From: an uncultured cyanobacterium
Lineage (GTDB): Bacteria; Cyanobacteriota; Cyanobacteriia; Cyanobacteriales; CAWCAG01
Direction of reading: 5' to 3'
Length of the DNA stretch: 64,000 bases
NCBI GenBank assembly: GCA_963793425.1
Contig: CAWCAG010000007.1
Span: 416,001 to 480,000, forward strand
Shown: positions 46,443 through 56,941 of the stretch, piece by piece
Numbering within the stretch: position 1 is the stretch's first letter
How the letters are laid out: every line of letters starts with the position of its first letter
The notes under the pieces: model-generated
Database searches by the model: none
Told to the model about the DNA's origin: nothing
The model's input: only the letters and a program-made list of their open reading frames with translations
Position numbers and translations under genes: made by a program

Positions 46443-47084
46443 ATGGCTATCTACTACTCTATTCATCCGGATAATCCACAAAAACATCGAATAGAGGAAA
46501 TAAGGAAGGCTTTGCAAGATGGTGCGGTTATGATTTATCCCACCGATACTGTTTATGCCATTGGGTGCGACTTGAACGCCAAGTCAGCCATCAAACGGGT
46601 TAGGCATCTCAAGCAACTATCTAATGATAAGCCCCTGACGTTCTTATGTTCGTCATTATCTAATATCTCCCAATATGCTTGGGTGAGTGATCGAGCCTAC
46701 CGAATTATGAAACATTTGATTCCTGGCCCCTATACTTTCGTTTTACCAGCAACTAAGTTGGTTCCGCGTTTAGTCATGAACCCCAAACGTAAAACCACGG
46801 GAATTAGAGTTCCTAACCAAACAATTTGTCAAACTCTCTTACAAGCTTTAGGAAATCCCATTATTTCTACTTCAGCACACCTACCTGACACAGAAGGAGA
46901 CTTTCCTACCCTCGGACTCGAACAAGCTGAGTTATTCGATACCCTCGATAAGTTAGTGGATATTGTCATTGATGATGGTTCACAAACAGGTTCTCAGGTT
47001 TCTACTATTTTAGATTTAACAGATGAGGAACCCATAATAGTTCGCCAAGGTCTTGGCTGGGAAAAGATTATGAAATGGATTTGA
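46443..47084 (+). CDS. Sua5/YciO/YrdC family (L-threonylcarbamoyladenylate synthase-like)
   Basis: YPTDTVYAIGC, PGPYTF, GIRVP, STSA, STILD. Confidence 0.9.
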   Translation: MAIYYSIHPDNPQKHRIEEIRKALQDGAVMIYPTDTVYAIGCDLNAKSAIKRVRHLKQLSNDKPLTFLCSSLSNISQYAWVSDRAYRIMKHLIPGPYTFVLPATKLVPRLVMNPKRKTTGIRVPNQTICQTLLQALGNPIISTSAHLPDTEGDFPTLGLEQAELFDTLDKLVDIVIDDGSQTGSQVSTILDLTDEEPIIVRQGLGWEKIMKWI

Positions 47085-47476
47085 AATTTTGTTAGTTGTT
47101 TCCCATTCAATCTGGCTTTTAAAACTAGTTTTCCTCTCTCTACAAAAGCGAAGAGGATGACTTCGTACAGCCTGGTTGAAATTTGACCAGTTCGTCAATT
47201 GTCTCCTTAAACTGCTTTTTCACTAGTGTTCATACCAAAAGAATACTGAAAGCTCTTTTGTGAGTGTAATGCTTATTCTCTGTAGTTTACAGCTCCTGTA
47301 GCTAAGGGGCAATTTGTCATGTTCAATTCCAGACTTAACTGCCAAGTATGTGTTGTGACACAACTTACCACCAACAAATAGATATTGCGTTTTACATTCA
47401 ATGTATAGACATCAGTTGAGAACCAACCCCAACTGATAAACCAAAACTAAAACCTTGATATTTAGGGACAGATACC

Positions 47477-48682
47477 ATGAAAGTGCAAACTGCTGAGGTT
47501 AACCAGTTTACCGACAATAACCAATTCTATCCGGAAGTAAAGCCAAGTAACGACCAAGAATCTTTGAACCAGCTTATACAAGAAGAGTTACTTTCCCAAG
47601 TGAAGTCTAGTTCTTCTGTTCAAGAAGTTGCTACCCGCATTACCCTTGAAGTTACAAGGGTTTGCAACAAAAGTAAGCGCATTCAAAAGTCTGGTGAAGT
47701 TCGTAGCTGGCAACTATCTTTAGGTCGCCACCGCATTGGTAAGTGTATGACTTACTATCAATTGGGTTCTAAGCAAGGAAGGGCTGAACTTCACAGTAAT
47801 TTAAGTGTAATGGTCTATCGCCATATTGCCCCTGCTAAGGCTCAATTAGGCTTCTCCGGTCGCTACACTTTAATTGAGGACTTTTTACAAGATTTCTATG
47901 CTGAGTCCCTCAAGGCATTCCGACGGGAGAATGAGGTTACTGAAGATTATCAACCTCGTACCAAGCTGCAATTAGCAGAGTATATGGCCTTCACAGAGCA
48001 ATATGCAAAACGTCGCATTACTTTGCCCAATGGTTACAGCCAACAATTAATTATCTTAAGGGCGCAAAGCTTCGCTCGTCGTCAGCCTTCAGAAACATCG
48101 GTAGATATTGAACAAGCTATTGAGTTTCCTAAAGGTGAAGATGCCCAGGGCAGACATTCTTCCCACGTAGTACACGAGGTACGGGCGAAAATGGTTTCAG
48201 AAAATCCTGATCCCTGGAAATCAGCAACCCGCGATCGCTTAGTTAATGCTTTGTTTGAGTACCTTGAATCTAACGGTCATTCTGACTGTGCTAATTATTT
48301 AGCTTTAAAACTCCAAGACCTTCCTGCTTCAGAAATTGATGAAATCCTTGGTCTTTCTCCCCGCGAAAGGGACTATTTACAACAGCGTTTTAAGTATCAT
48401 GTTGAGAAGTTCTCTCGTTCTTCTCACTGGGAATTAGTTCACCAATGGTTAGAAGCTGATTTAGAGCAAAAGCTGGGTTTAACTAACAAAGAGTGGCAGT
48501 TATTCTGTGGCAAGCTATCTTCTGAACAACGCTTTCTTCTAGAACTTAAGGAACTAAAAAAAGATGATGAAGAGATCGCTATAGCTTTAGGATGTACCCT
48601 GAAAAAAGCTCAGAAGCGCTGGACTAAGGTACTAGAACTTGCTTGGAAAATCCGTAATAGCAGTGAGGCAAATGGTAATTAG
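47477..48682 (+). CDS. HetZ-related protein
   Basis: YYQLGS.QGR.ELHS, IEDFLQ.FY, LAEYMAFTE.Y.KRRI, QQLIILRAQ, RERDYLQQRFKYH match the HetZ family. Confidence 0.8.
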   Translation: MKVQTAEVNQFTDNNQFYPEVKPSNDQESLNQLIQEELLSQVKSSSSVQEVATRITLEVTRVCNKSKRIQKSGEVRSWQLSLGRHRIGKCMTYYQLGSKQGRAELHSNLSVMVYRHIAPAKAQLGFSGRYTLIEDFLQDFYAESLKAFRRENEVTEDYQPRTKLQLAEYMAFTEQYAKRRITLPNGYSQQLIILRAQSFARRQPSETSVDIEQAIEFPKGEDAQGRHSSHVVHEVRAKMVSENPDPWKSATRDRLVNALFEYLESNGHSDCANYLALKLQDLPASEIDEILGLSPRERDYLQQRFKYHVEKFSRSSHWELVHQWLEADLEQKLGLTNKEWQLFCGKLSSEQRFLLELKELKKDDEEIAIALGCTLKKAQKRWTKVLELAWKIRNSSEANGN

Positions 48683-48984
48683 TGATTGAGATGGTTACAG
48701 GTTGAATAAAAGTGAAGTTAAAGGTTATTGACTATTTCCTAAGCAAAGAATAACCCCTAAGCTATTAAGACTGCAACTTGTAACCCTCCTGATTATTTTT
48801 AGTGAAGTAAAAATAAATTATCTAAGCAATTAGAAATTCCAGCTTAAAAATATGTTTATTTAGTTATCCCTAATTATTGATTATTATCTTCCCAACCACA
48901 CTTAAAAAATATTATTTTGTTAAGGTGAAGAGAGGCGACGCGAAAATACCCTTTTGTTGATCTGACATCAAGACTCAAAGAATT

Positions 48985-49692
48985 ATGGCAACTAGGACTT
49001 CAGCTTCTATTCCAAATCCCCTAAGCGAACAAAATACTAGTGCTTTAGCGAAAGTTTGGCAAAGCATTACAGCAGATAGTTGTCCTCATGCTTACAATTT
49101 TCATATGCACACTCTCTATTCTGATGGCAAATTAGAGCCTGAAAAGCTGATGGAACAAGTTTGCAGAATTGGGCTTAAGGGTATGGCTATTACTGATCAT
49201 CATGGGATTAAAGGTTATCAAATAGCTAAAAGTTGGTTGAATCAAGTTGAACAAAAGCAAGTTTATGATTCTCTACCTCACCTGTGGACAGGAGTTGAAA
49301 TTACCTCAGAATTATTGGGAACAGAAGTACATATTTTAGGCTATGGTTTTGATCCTCAAGATGCTCAATTAAGGCGCAATTATTTTCAAGGAAGCGCCCC
49401 TTCTGGTAAGTCTAAGTTGGCGAAAAAGGTAATTTCTGCTTTGCATAAAGCTGGAGGTTTGGCTGTATTAGCCCATCCTTTCCGCTACCAGGTTGGAGGT
49501 AAAGAATTAATTCCAGCAGCCGCTGATTTAGGTATCGATGGAGTAGAGACTTATTACGCTTATCGTTCAACAAATCCCTGGCAGTCTAGTCCTCAACAAA
49601 CAGCAGATACTGAACTTCTTACTGAACAATATAGTTTGTTGAGGACTTGCGGAACAGATACCCACGGTTATAATTTGATGTTGCGAATTTGA
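48985..49692 (+). CDS. PHP-domain protein
   Basis: FHMHT..SDG, ITDH, GVEI, VHILGY, LAHP, GTDTHG. Confidence 0.9.
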   Translation: MATRTSASIPNPLSEQNTSALAKVWQSITADSCPHAYNFHMHTLYSDGKLEPEKLMEQVCRIGLKGMAITDHHGIKGYQIAKSWLNQVEQKQVYDSLPHLWTGVEITSELLGTEVHILGYGFDPQDAQLRRNYFQGSAPSGKSKLAKKVISALHKAGGLAVLAHPFRYQVGGKELIPAAADLGIDGVETYYAYRSTNPWQSSPQQTADTELLTEQYSLLRTCGTDTHGYNLMLRI

Positions 49693-49919
49693 AGAAGATT
49701 AAAAGGCAAAATTCATTAAAACAATGACACCAAAACTCATGGCTAATAATAGTAAAGCCAGACTAATGGATTGACCTAAATGCCTTGGTGTTTGAACAGT
49801 TTTCATCTTTCTTCTCCTAATTGATATCAGTTTTTTTATATATCTTTAAAGATAGCAACGATAAGATAACAAAAATGAGAAAAAGATACGATTCTTAGTT
49901 TAACTTCGTTTAACGTAAT

Positions 49920-50630
49920 TTAGTTGGTTAAACCATGTTTCAGGGCATAGCGAACTAATTCAGTACGGCTATTAGTTCCGGTTTTGCCAAACAGACGACT
50001 AACATACTTTTCTACATTACGAACGCTAGTTTCTAGTCTGCGGGCAATTTCTTTATTCATTAATCCTTCTGCTACTAAGTCCAAAACGCTTTGTTCCCTT
50101 GGAGTTAGTTCAATTTTAATTAAAGGGGGTGTAGTCGTCAGACCAGGATTATTACCTAAAATACTCTTGATTTCTGCTAACTGCTGATTAATTTGTAGTA
50201 ATTCCGAACTGCCTTCTGCTTCTGAAGTTGCACTTTTTCTTTGTAACAAGTTTCTAACAATAGCTTCTAATTCTTCAGGATCGAAAGGTTTAGGTAAATA
50301 AGCATCACACCCAGCTTGATAGCCTTGAATTCGATCAGAAGTCATGCCTCTAGCCGTCAAAAAGATGACTGGCAAAGCGGCAAAACGAGGATCTTCTCTT
50401 AATTTTTGCAGGAATTGATAGCCATCAACTTTAGGCATCATAATATCAGAGATAACTAAATCGGGAGTTTCTTTTTCTAATAAATCCCAAGCTTCATCAG
50501 CATTGCTAGCCACTTTAACAGTAAATTCTTCACTATCTTCCAAATAAGCTTGCACTGACTCGCGAATGCCGGGTTCATCATCTACTAGCAGTAGTTTTTT
50601 TGGCTCTTGTTCTTGCTCTGTTGTAGACAT
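49920..50630 (-). CDS. ycf29: NarL/LuxR response regulator, Ycf29/Rre1/OrrA-like
   Basis: REC domain plus LTPREQSVLDLVAEGLMNKEIARRLETSVRNVEKYVSRLF.KTGTNSRTEL. Confidence 0.8.
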   Translation of the reverse strand: MSTTEQEQEPKKLLLVDDEPGIRESVQAYLEDSEEFTVKVASNADEAWDLLEKETPDLVISDIMMPKVDGYQFLQKLREDPRFAALPVIFLTARGMTSDRIQGYQAGCDAYLPKPFDPEELEAIVRNLLQRKSATSEAEGSSELLQINQQLAEIKSILGNNPGLTTTPPLIKIELTPREQSVLDLVAEGLMNKEIARRLETSVRNVEKYVSRLFGKTGTNSRTELVRYALKHGLTN

Positions 50631-50773
50631 TTGTAGTTGTTTGTTAACTTTGCTCTTTTAGCGAAGCTGGGCAGCAATAGTTAATTGTACAAGCAAAAGT
50701 TAACCAATTTCCTATACAGGTTTAGGCAAAAGGAAAAAGATTTTAGAACTAGGTTGTTTGTCAGATCCTAAAT

Positions 50774-51130
50774 TTAACAATAAGCGCTTATATCCTCGCC
50801 ACATTCGTCTGCTAAATAACAGAGGGCGCGGAAACGCAAGGCAACTACTTCCTCATATAGAGGATTAAGTTTACAGAGCGGAGGGATTCGCAGCCAAGTA
50901 TGGCCAAACATTTGGACTTCCCTAGCAAAAGGGCAATAAGCTGGTATGGCTTGGCAGAGACGATGAGCAAGACTCGATTCTTTGATTTCGATGCTATTTA
51001 ACCAGCTACGTACAGGACGTAGAGGCTCGAATTTATTCTGATTCGTAGAGAAGTTTAACCTTAACTTTACAAAATGTTTCCAGATGATCCCGTAGAAGTT
51101 TTGTGGTGTATGATTATTTACATTCATCAT
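50774..51130 (-). CDS. Mo-dependent nitrogenase C-terminal domain (Mo-nitro_C) protein
   Basis: LC..IP..CPF.R, IPPLCKLNPLY, LRFRALCYL.D.CGED. Start codon uncertain. Confidence 0.85.
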   Translation of the reverse strand: MMNVNNHTPQNFYGIIWKHFVKLRLNFSTNQNKFEPLRPVRSWLNSIEIKESSLAHRLCQAIPAYCPFAREVQMFGHTWLRIPPLCKLNPLYEEVVALRFRALCYLADECGEDISAYC

Positions 51131-51725
51131 TTTTCTGAAGCTGCTCTCCAATAGTGGGCAGGACTGTCTGGTATTTTTTTTAGCTACAGCCACTTAATTT
51201 AGTTTTCCCAAATTTAGGGAAGACATCTTATGAGGCTGACTATAAAAGTGAAGAGTAAAACGGCTAGAGTGCGAAAATATCTCTCAGCTTTAATTTTCTA
51301 GCCTACTCCTAAAGTCGGACTCATTTTTCTTCGACGCATCCCTAATAACATTAGTTTCGTACTCAATCAAAACAAAACAACTAAACAGTGTTAGCTATTC
51401 TAAGGGAAACTAATAAGTTTAGTTTATGACTTTCATTTAATTAAATTATATTCGTCTCAAACAGAAGCTATCGTAACATACGTAACAAAACAGGCTTTTT
51501 TATGCAAATGGCTGATGAAGTTGGTGCGTTGATGGGATGGAGGAGAATTTCTGAACCCAAGAATTTGTTTTTTTTTTAAACTGCTCAAAGCCCTAATATA
51601 TTTAGCTTTGAGGTGGATAGAAACAGCTAAATCAGTTATAATAGTTATATACACAATAACTCCAGAACAAGTAAGATAAATACGCCTCAATAGCGCTGCA
51701 AGTAAGCCTTTAACGAATAGCAAAT

Positions 51726-53444
51726 ATGTCCGAACGACCCCAACAGCAACCGCAAAGCACATCAACTTTAGAAGAAATTCGCACCACGCGCTTAGCCAAA
51801 GTTGAACAGCTTAAAGAGGCAGGATTAGTTCCCTATGCTTATCGATGGCGCTCTTCTGCTACTGCTGCCCAATTACAGGAAAAATATCAGGATTTGTCTA
51901 ATGGTGAAGAAGTAGAAGCCCAAGTAGCGATCGCTGGTAGAATTCTTGCCCGTCGGGTATTTGGTAAATTAGCCTTCTTTAACCTCCAAGATGAAACAGG
52001 TACTATTCAGCTTTACTTAGATAAAAAGCGTATTCAAGCTGAAATGTCTGATCTAGATAACCCCTTTAACCTCTTAAAAAAGCTCACTGACGTAGGGGAT
52101 ATTATTGGTGTTACAGGAACCATCAAACGTACCGAAAAAGGGGAACTCTCGGTATATGTAAGGGAGTATACTATGCTCACCAAATCTTTACTACCTTTAC
52201 CAGATAAGTGGCACGGGCTAACAGACACAGAAAAGCGCTATCGTCAGCGTTATGTAGATTTAATTGTGAACCCAGCCGTGCGAGAAACCTTCCGCCGCCG
52301 CGCCAAAATTACCGCTGCAATACGCCGTTATTTGGAAAAAGAAGGCTTCTTGGAAGTAGAAACTCCTGTATTGCAAGGAGAAGCAGGAGGGGCAGATGCC
52401 CGCCCCTTCGTTACTTACCACAACACCTTAGAAATGGAGTTGTACCTACGCATTGCTACAGAATTGCACCTCAAGCGGTTAATCGTGGGGGGGTTTGAGA
52501 AAGTTTTTGAAATGGGCAGAATTTTCCGTAATGAAGGAATTTCTACCCGTCACAACCCAGAATTCACTTCCATCGAACTTTATCAAGCTTACGCTGACTA
52601 CAACGATATGATGGAGTTAACAGAAGATTTAATTTGTACTGTCGCCCAAGAAGTTTTAGGAACTTTAGAAATTAGTTATCAAGGTACAACTGTTAATTTG
52701 CAAAAACCTTGGCAACGGGTAACCATGCAGGATTTGGTTAAGGAGAAAACAGGTTTAGATTTCAGTAAATTTGCAGATTTTGCTACAGCAAAAATAGCTG
52801 CCGAGTCATCTGGCATTGAAATTCCTCATGACTGTCAAACCTTGGGAAAATTGCTTAATGAAGCTTTTGAACAAAAGGTAGAATCAACTTTAGTTCAGCC
52901 AACTTTTGTAATGGACTTCCCTGTAGAAATTTCTCCTTTAGCTAAGCCCCACCGTTCCCAAACTGGTTTAGTAGAAAGGTTTGAACTCTATGCTACAGGT
53001 AGGGAATTAGCTAACAGCTTTTCTGAATTAACTGATCCTTTAGATCAGCGTCAAAGATTGGAAGCACAGGCTGCTAAAAAAGCGGCTGGAGATTTGGAGG
53101 CACAGGGTGTAGATGAGGATTTCCTTGCTGCCCTAGAATATGGAATGCCTCCTACAGGAGGATTAGGTATTGGTATTGATCGTTTAGTCATGCTGTTAAC
53201 TGATGCGGCGAGTATTCGGGATGTAATTGCTTTTCCTCTACTCAAAAATACCAGTGCGGTAATTAGTTCTTTTGACTACGATAGCGAAAAGAAACTCCTC
53301 AAAGTTGAGTTTAGCAATGACAGTAGTTATAAGTACCATGACGTACCGGAGGATATTTACCAAGGCTTAAAAAATACTCCTTCTTTAGGGGTGTATTTTA
53401 ATACTCATATCCGCGATAAATTTGGCTGCGATCGCTTGGTATAG
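51726..53444 (+). CDS. lysS: Lysine-tRNA ligase (class II) with a C-terminal KTSC domain
   Basis: OB fold, [34 protein letters not shown]; extra tail ISSFDYD...L.VEF....Y.Y.DVP...S.G.YFN..IR. Confidence 0.96.
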   Translation: MSERPQQQPQSTSTLEEIRTTRLAKVEQLKEAGLVPYAYRWRSSATAAQLQEKYQDLSNGEEVEAQVAIAGRILARRVFGKLAFFNLQDETGTIQLYLDKKRIQAEMSDLDNPFNLLKKLTDVGDIIGVTGTIKRTEKGELSVYVREYTMLTKSLLPLPDKWHGLTDTEKRYRQRYVDLIVNPAVRETFRRRAKITAAIRRYLEKEGFLEVETPVLQGEAGGADARPFVTYHNTLEMELYLRIATELHLKRLIVGGFEKVFEMGRIFRNEGISTRHNPEFTSIELYQAYADYNDMMELTEDLICTVAQEVLGTLEISYQGTTVNLQKPWQRVTMQDLVKEKTGLDFSKFADFATAKIAAESSGIEIPHDCQTLGKLLNEAFEQKVESTLVQPTFVMDFPVEISPLAKPHRSQTGLVERFELYATGRELANSFSELTDPLDQRQRLEAQAAKKAAGDLEAQGVDEDFLAALEYGMPPTGGLGIGIDRLVMLLTDAASIRDVIAFPLLKNTSAVISSFDYDSEKKLLKVEFSNDSSYKYHDVPEDIYQGLKNTPSLGVYFNTHIRDKFGCDRLV

Positions 53445-53462
53445 GTTAAAGTAAAAACAACG

Positions 53463-53501
53463 AAATCCCTTACTATGGATAGTTGATTTAGTAAGGGATT
53501 T
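53463..53501. terminator. Bidirectional terminator between convergent lysS and cdgR
   Basis: AAATCCCTTACTA...TAGTAAGGGATTT, 13-bp inverted repeat. Confidence 0.75.
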
Positions 53502-53549
53502 TATTCTTTTAAGTTGATGCTTGACAACTTATCACCTTGAGAGGATTTT

Positions 53550-54095
53550 TCAATCCTTATTCAAATCGGGCTGCTGTTCATAATTGGATGCCAAATTTTT
53601 CAGTAAACCATTCACTTGCTGAAGTAATTCTCCACCTGAACTTGTAGCAATAGGTTTTCCTAAACTAGGACGATTCATGCTTAAAGCGATCGCCTCACTT
53701 ACTTGCTGACTAATCAACCCTTGAAGCTCTTCTTTGGCGCGTTGGCGCTGATATTCGGCTCCTTCTTCAGTAGTAGCATAAAGGGGAACTAGACGATTTA
53801 AAGCATAAGCTGCAATATCTCCCACATCTAAAACCTGGTCGCTAGTAGCTTCAATTTCAGCAACGCGGGTTATGGCTTCGCTTAAAACCAATTCTTCCAT
53901 CACGTTAATAAATTGCTTGCGAGGCACTGCGACTACATCACCGGTTAACAGTGAACCCATGAGTCTGTCTAATGCCATGTATTCTTCAATGGACAGCGCA
54001 GATGCTGTATCGCAGATTCTGCCTACTTCTGCTTCCATAGTAGGCGTAAGATATCCATCTTTTAAGGCTTGCTCTACGATTTTTTCTATACTCAT
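53550..54095 (-). CDS. cdgR: ComFB-family protein, cyanobacterial c-di-GMP receptor CdgR-like
   Basis: MSIEKIVEQAL.DGYLTP, FINVMEELV, DIAAYALNRL.PLYATT. Confidence 0.75.
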   Translation of the reverse strand: MSIEKIVEQALKDGYLTPTMEAEVGRICDTASALSIEEYMALDRLMGSLLTGDVVAVPRKQFINVMEELVLSEAITRVAEIEATSDQVLDVGDIAAYALNRLVPLYATTEEGAEYQRQRAKEELQGLISQQVSEAIALSMNRPSLGKPIATSSGGELLQQVNGLLKNLASNYEQQPDLNKD

Positions 54096-54447
54096 AGTGT
54101 CACAGTGCTTGGCGGCGTCAATACTAGAAAGTTCTAGGATTTTATTTTTACAAAAAAACACGAACTCAGAAAATTTAACGGAAATTCAAGAAGCTTAACC
54201 AAGCTTGCTTGTGGGCAACTAAGTATATTTGCTACTGTTGCTACCTATTTTACCTTTTATCCTTCCTCTGAATTGTAACCTTTATAGATGTATCATACTG
54301 CTAACGAATGTTTTCATTAGAGTAGCTTGCTTTATTCTTTGAGTTATCCTCAGAATTTACTCAACACAAACAAATCGCCATGTTATAGGATCTACGGCTC
54401 AATAGTAAACAGATAAACTTATAGTATTCACATAAGATAACTGAAAA

Positions 54448-54660
54448 TTATCCTTTAGCCTGAAGATAAGCGATCGCTTGCCGCCAAACTATAGTAGATT
54501 GTTCACTTTCATCAGCTAAACAGAGACATTGATTATCTTGCCAAATAAGTTTGCCTATCATGACATCATTAGTAATAAGTTTGATTTCTACTTTTTGTTG
54601 CTCTTTGATGAAACCCTGAACATTACGGATGCTAGGCAAGCCAGTATCAAATTTTTCCAT
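54448..54660 (-). CDS. hfq: Cyanobacterial Hfq homolog
   Basis: FDTGLPSIR.VQ, G.L.WQD..C.CL, WRQAIAY; divergent from dapF. Confidence 0.9.
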   Translation of the reverse strand: MEKFDTGLPSIRNVQGFIKEQQKVEIKLITNDVMIGKLIWQDNQCLCLADESEQSTIVWRQAIAYLQAKG

Positions 54661-54743
54661 AACTTAAGAAATTCTAGTAACTAAAGACTGGTTGTAAAAA
54701 TCACCAAATTCAGCTTACCCTTTTTTGTTAAGGAGAGATTACC

Positions 54744-55619
54744 ATGAAAAAACAATTTACTAAATATCATGGCTTGGGGAATGATTTTATCTTAGTAGAT
54801 AACCGCCAAAATCCAGAGCCAGTTATCACCCCCCAACAAGCAATGCAGATGTGCGATCGCCATTTTGGTATTGGCGCAGATGGGGTGATTTTTGCCCTTC
54901 CAGGACAAGATACCACTGATTACACCATGCGAATTTATAATTCTGATGGTTCCGAGCCAGAAATGTGTGGTAACGGCATTCGCTGTTTGGCTAAATTCAT
55001 TGCTGCTTTAGAAGGCTGTGAAAAAGATGGGAGCGGAAAATCCTACCGTATCCACACCTTGGCAGGAGTAATGATCCCCACCATTGAAGAAAATGGTGAA
55101 GTTACCGTGGATATGGGATTACCCCAATTGATGGCAGCAGAAATTCCCACAACAATTTGTTCTGGAGAGCAAAAAGTGATCGACCACACCTTAGCTGTTG
55201 CTGGGGCTAACTGGTCAGTTACCTGTGTTAGTATGGGCAACCCCCACTGTATTACCTTTGTTGAAGATACCCAAGCCATTGCCTTAGAAAAGATTGGGCC
55301 TCAGTTTGAGCATCATGCTGCCTTCCCCCAGCGTACCAACACCGAATTCATCCAAATTGTACGACCAGACTACCTTAAAATGCGAGTTTGGGAAAGAGGG
55401 GCTGGGATCACCTTAGCTTGTGGTACAGGAGCTTGTGCTAGCGTAGTAGCTGGAGTTCTTAATCATAAATGCGCTCGCCGTTGTACAGTGGAACTTCCGG
55501 GGGGTTGTTTAAGAATTCATTGGTCAGAGTTAGACCAAAGAGTTTATATGAGCGGGGCAGCAACGAAAGTATTTACAGGTAATTATCTTCTCAACCAGCC
55601 AAACCATGAGAAACTATAA
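54744..55619 (+). CDS. dapF: Diaminopimelate epimerase
   Basis: [35 protein letters not shown]. Confidence 0.96.
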   Translation: MKKQFTKYHGLGNDFILVDNRQNPEPVITPQQAMQMCDRHFGIGADGVIFALPGQDTTDYTMRIYNSDGSEPEMCGNGIRCLAKFIAALEGCEKDGSGKSYRIHTLAGVMIPTIEENGEVTVDMGLPQLMAAEIPTTICSGEQKVIDHTLAVAGANWSVTCVSMGNPHCITFVEDTQAIALEKIGPQFEHHAAFPQRTNTEFIQIVRPDYLKMRVWERGAGITLACGTGACASVVAGVLNHKCARRCTVELPGGCLRIHWSELDQRVYMSGAATKVFTGNYLLNQPNHEKL

Positions 55620-55665
55620 CCATGAGTGGCGATCAACTTTTAACCAGTAGCAAGGGAGAATGTGA

Positions 55666-56811
55666 ATGAGCGGAGGCGTATACCTCATTCAGGAGGAAGA
55701 CCAACTGGTTGAAATGGCTGAAAAACCCTATGACTCGGAAGCTTTGCTGCAAGAGTTACTAGAGAGTAACCCTAGTCTACTAGCTGTAGACCGCAAAGAA
55801 CAGGTAGCTTTGAAGCACTGGCTTTTGGTTAAACGTAGCGCCGCCAGTAACACGGAAGACACAATATCCGAACGCTGGTCACTCAACCATTTATTTCTTG
55901 ATCAGCAAGCTATTCCCACCTTGGTAGAAGTTAAGAGCAGTGATGACTCTAGCGTTCGTAGAGCAGCTATCGGCCAAATGCTTGATTATGCTGCTAATGC
56001 TTCAGTTTATTGGCCAGTTGAATCAATTTTGACCCAGTTTGAAGCTAACTGCCGGGATCAAAATCGTGACCCAGAAGATGTCTTTGAATCTTTTTTGGGG
56101 ATCAATGCTGATGAAGAGAAATTTTGGCAACAGGTTAAAACTAATTTTCAGGCGGGGAAAGTTCGCCTCATTTTCGTAGCTGATCATATTTCGGCTGAAT
56201 TGCAGCGAGTAGTAGAGTTTCTTAATAAACAAATGGACCCAGCGGAAATTCTCGCCCTGGAAATCAAGCAGTATGCTAGCCAAAATTATGAACTTAAAAC
56301 TTTAGTTTGTAAAGTTATTGGCCAAACAGCAGAAGCCCAACAGAGGAAGACTAGGACAACTCTTGATCGCAGACAGTGGGATGAAAATTCTTTCTTTGCT
56401 GAATACGAAATTAGGTACGGTAAGGATGAAGCAGATATTGCCAAGAAGATTTACCTGTGGGCCATTAACCAAGAGCCAAATATGGTCGTACAATGGGTAA
56501 CAGGAGATGCTTACGGAGGCTTTGCCGTAAAGCTTCCTAGCGAAGGGAAGAAAGAGAGTAAACTATTTTTTGTCGGCATTGATGGGGCCCTAGAAATTTC
56601 CTCTGATGCCTACGCAGATTTGCCGCCTTTTGATAATCAAAATGAGTGGTTAGAATTAAGAAACCAACTCAGTTCTATCGGTTTGGCGCTACCTACAGAA
56701 CCTAGTCAAAGAAGATTACCCAACTTTTTATTGTCCACATTGCCAGACGGAGAAAATCTTGCTCAGGTGTTGACAACATTTGATTGGGTGGTTAGCAAAG
56801 TTGATTTTTGA
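55666..56811 (+). CDS. NucS-like PD-(D/E)XK fold protein
   Basis: E..LQ.LL..NP, PTLVEVK, GQMLDYAA, RLIFVAD.I..EL..VVEFLN. Confidence 0.6.
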   Translation: MSGGVYLIQEEDQLVEMAEKPYDSEALLQELLESNPSLLAVDRKEQVALKHWLLVKRSAASNTEDTISERWSLNHLFLDQQAIPTLVEVKSSDDSSVRRAAIGQMLDYAANASVYWPVESILTQFEANCRDQNRDPEDVFESFLGINADEEKFWQQVKTNFQAGKVRLIFVADHISAELQRVVEFLNKQMDPAEILALEIKQYASQNYELKTLVCKVIGQTAEAQQRKTRTTLDRRQWDENSFFAEYEIRYGKDEADIAKKIYLWAINQEPNMVVQWVTGDAYGGFAVKLPSEGKKESKLFFVGIDGALEISSDAYADLPPFDNQNEWLELRNQLSSIGLALPTEPSQRRLPNFLLSTLPDGENLAQVLTTFDWVVSKVDF

Positions 56812-56941
56812 GTTGAAAAATGAGTAATGCCTTTAAACATTAAACATTTATTCAGATTATTCTTTACATTTAAGCTAAATCCAGCTAGAAAAATTAATCA
56901 CAACTAAATCTCTACTGATTTTTAAGAAATGGTATAAACTA

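Noticed and set aside
50774..51193. Evidence for nitrogen fixation from the Mo-nitro_C domain
   Set aside because: The domain also occurs outside nif clusters, and no nif genes are present here.
51457..51765. 102-aa ORF and the GTAACA direct repeat (~51473-51487) as an HLR1 site
   Set aside because: The ORF has no motifs and overlaps the lysS start. The repeat period is 9 rather than 10 and the match is poor.
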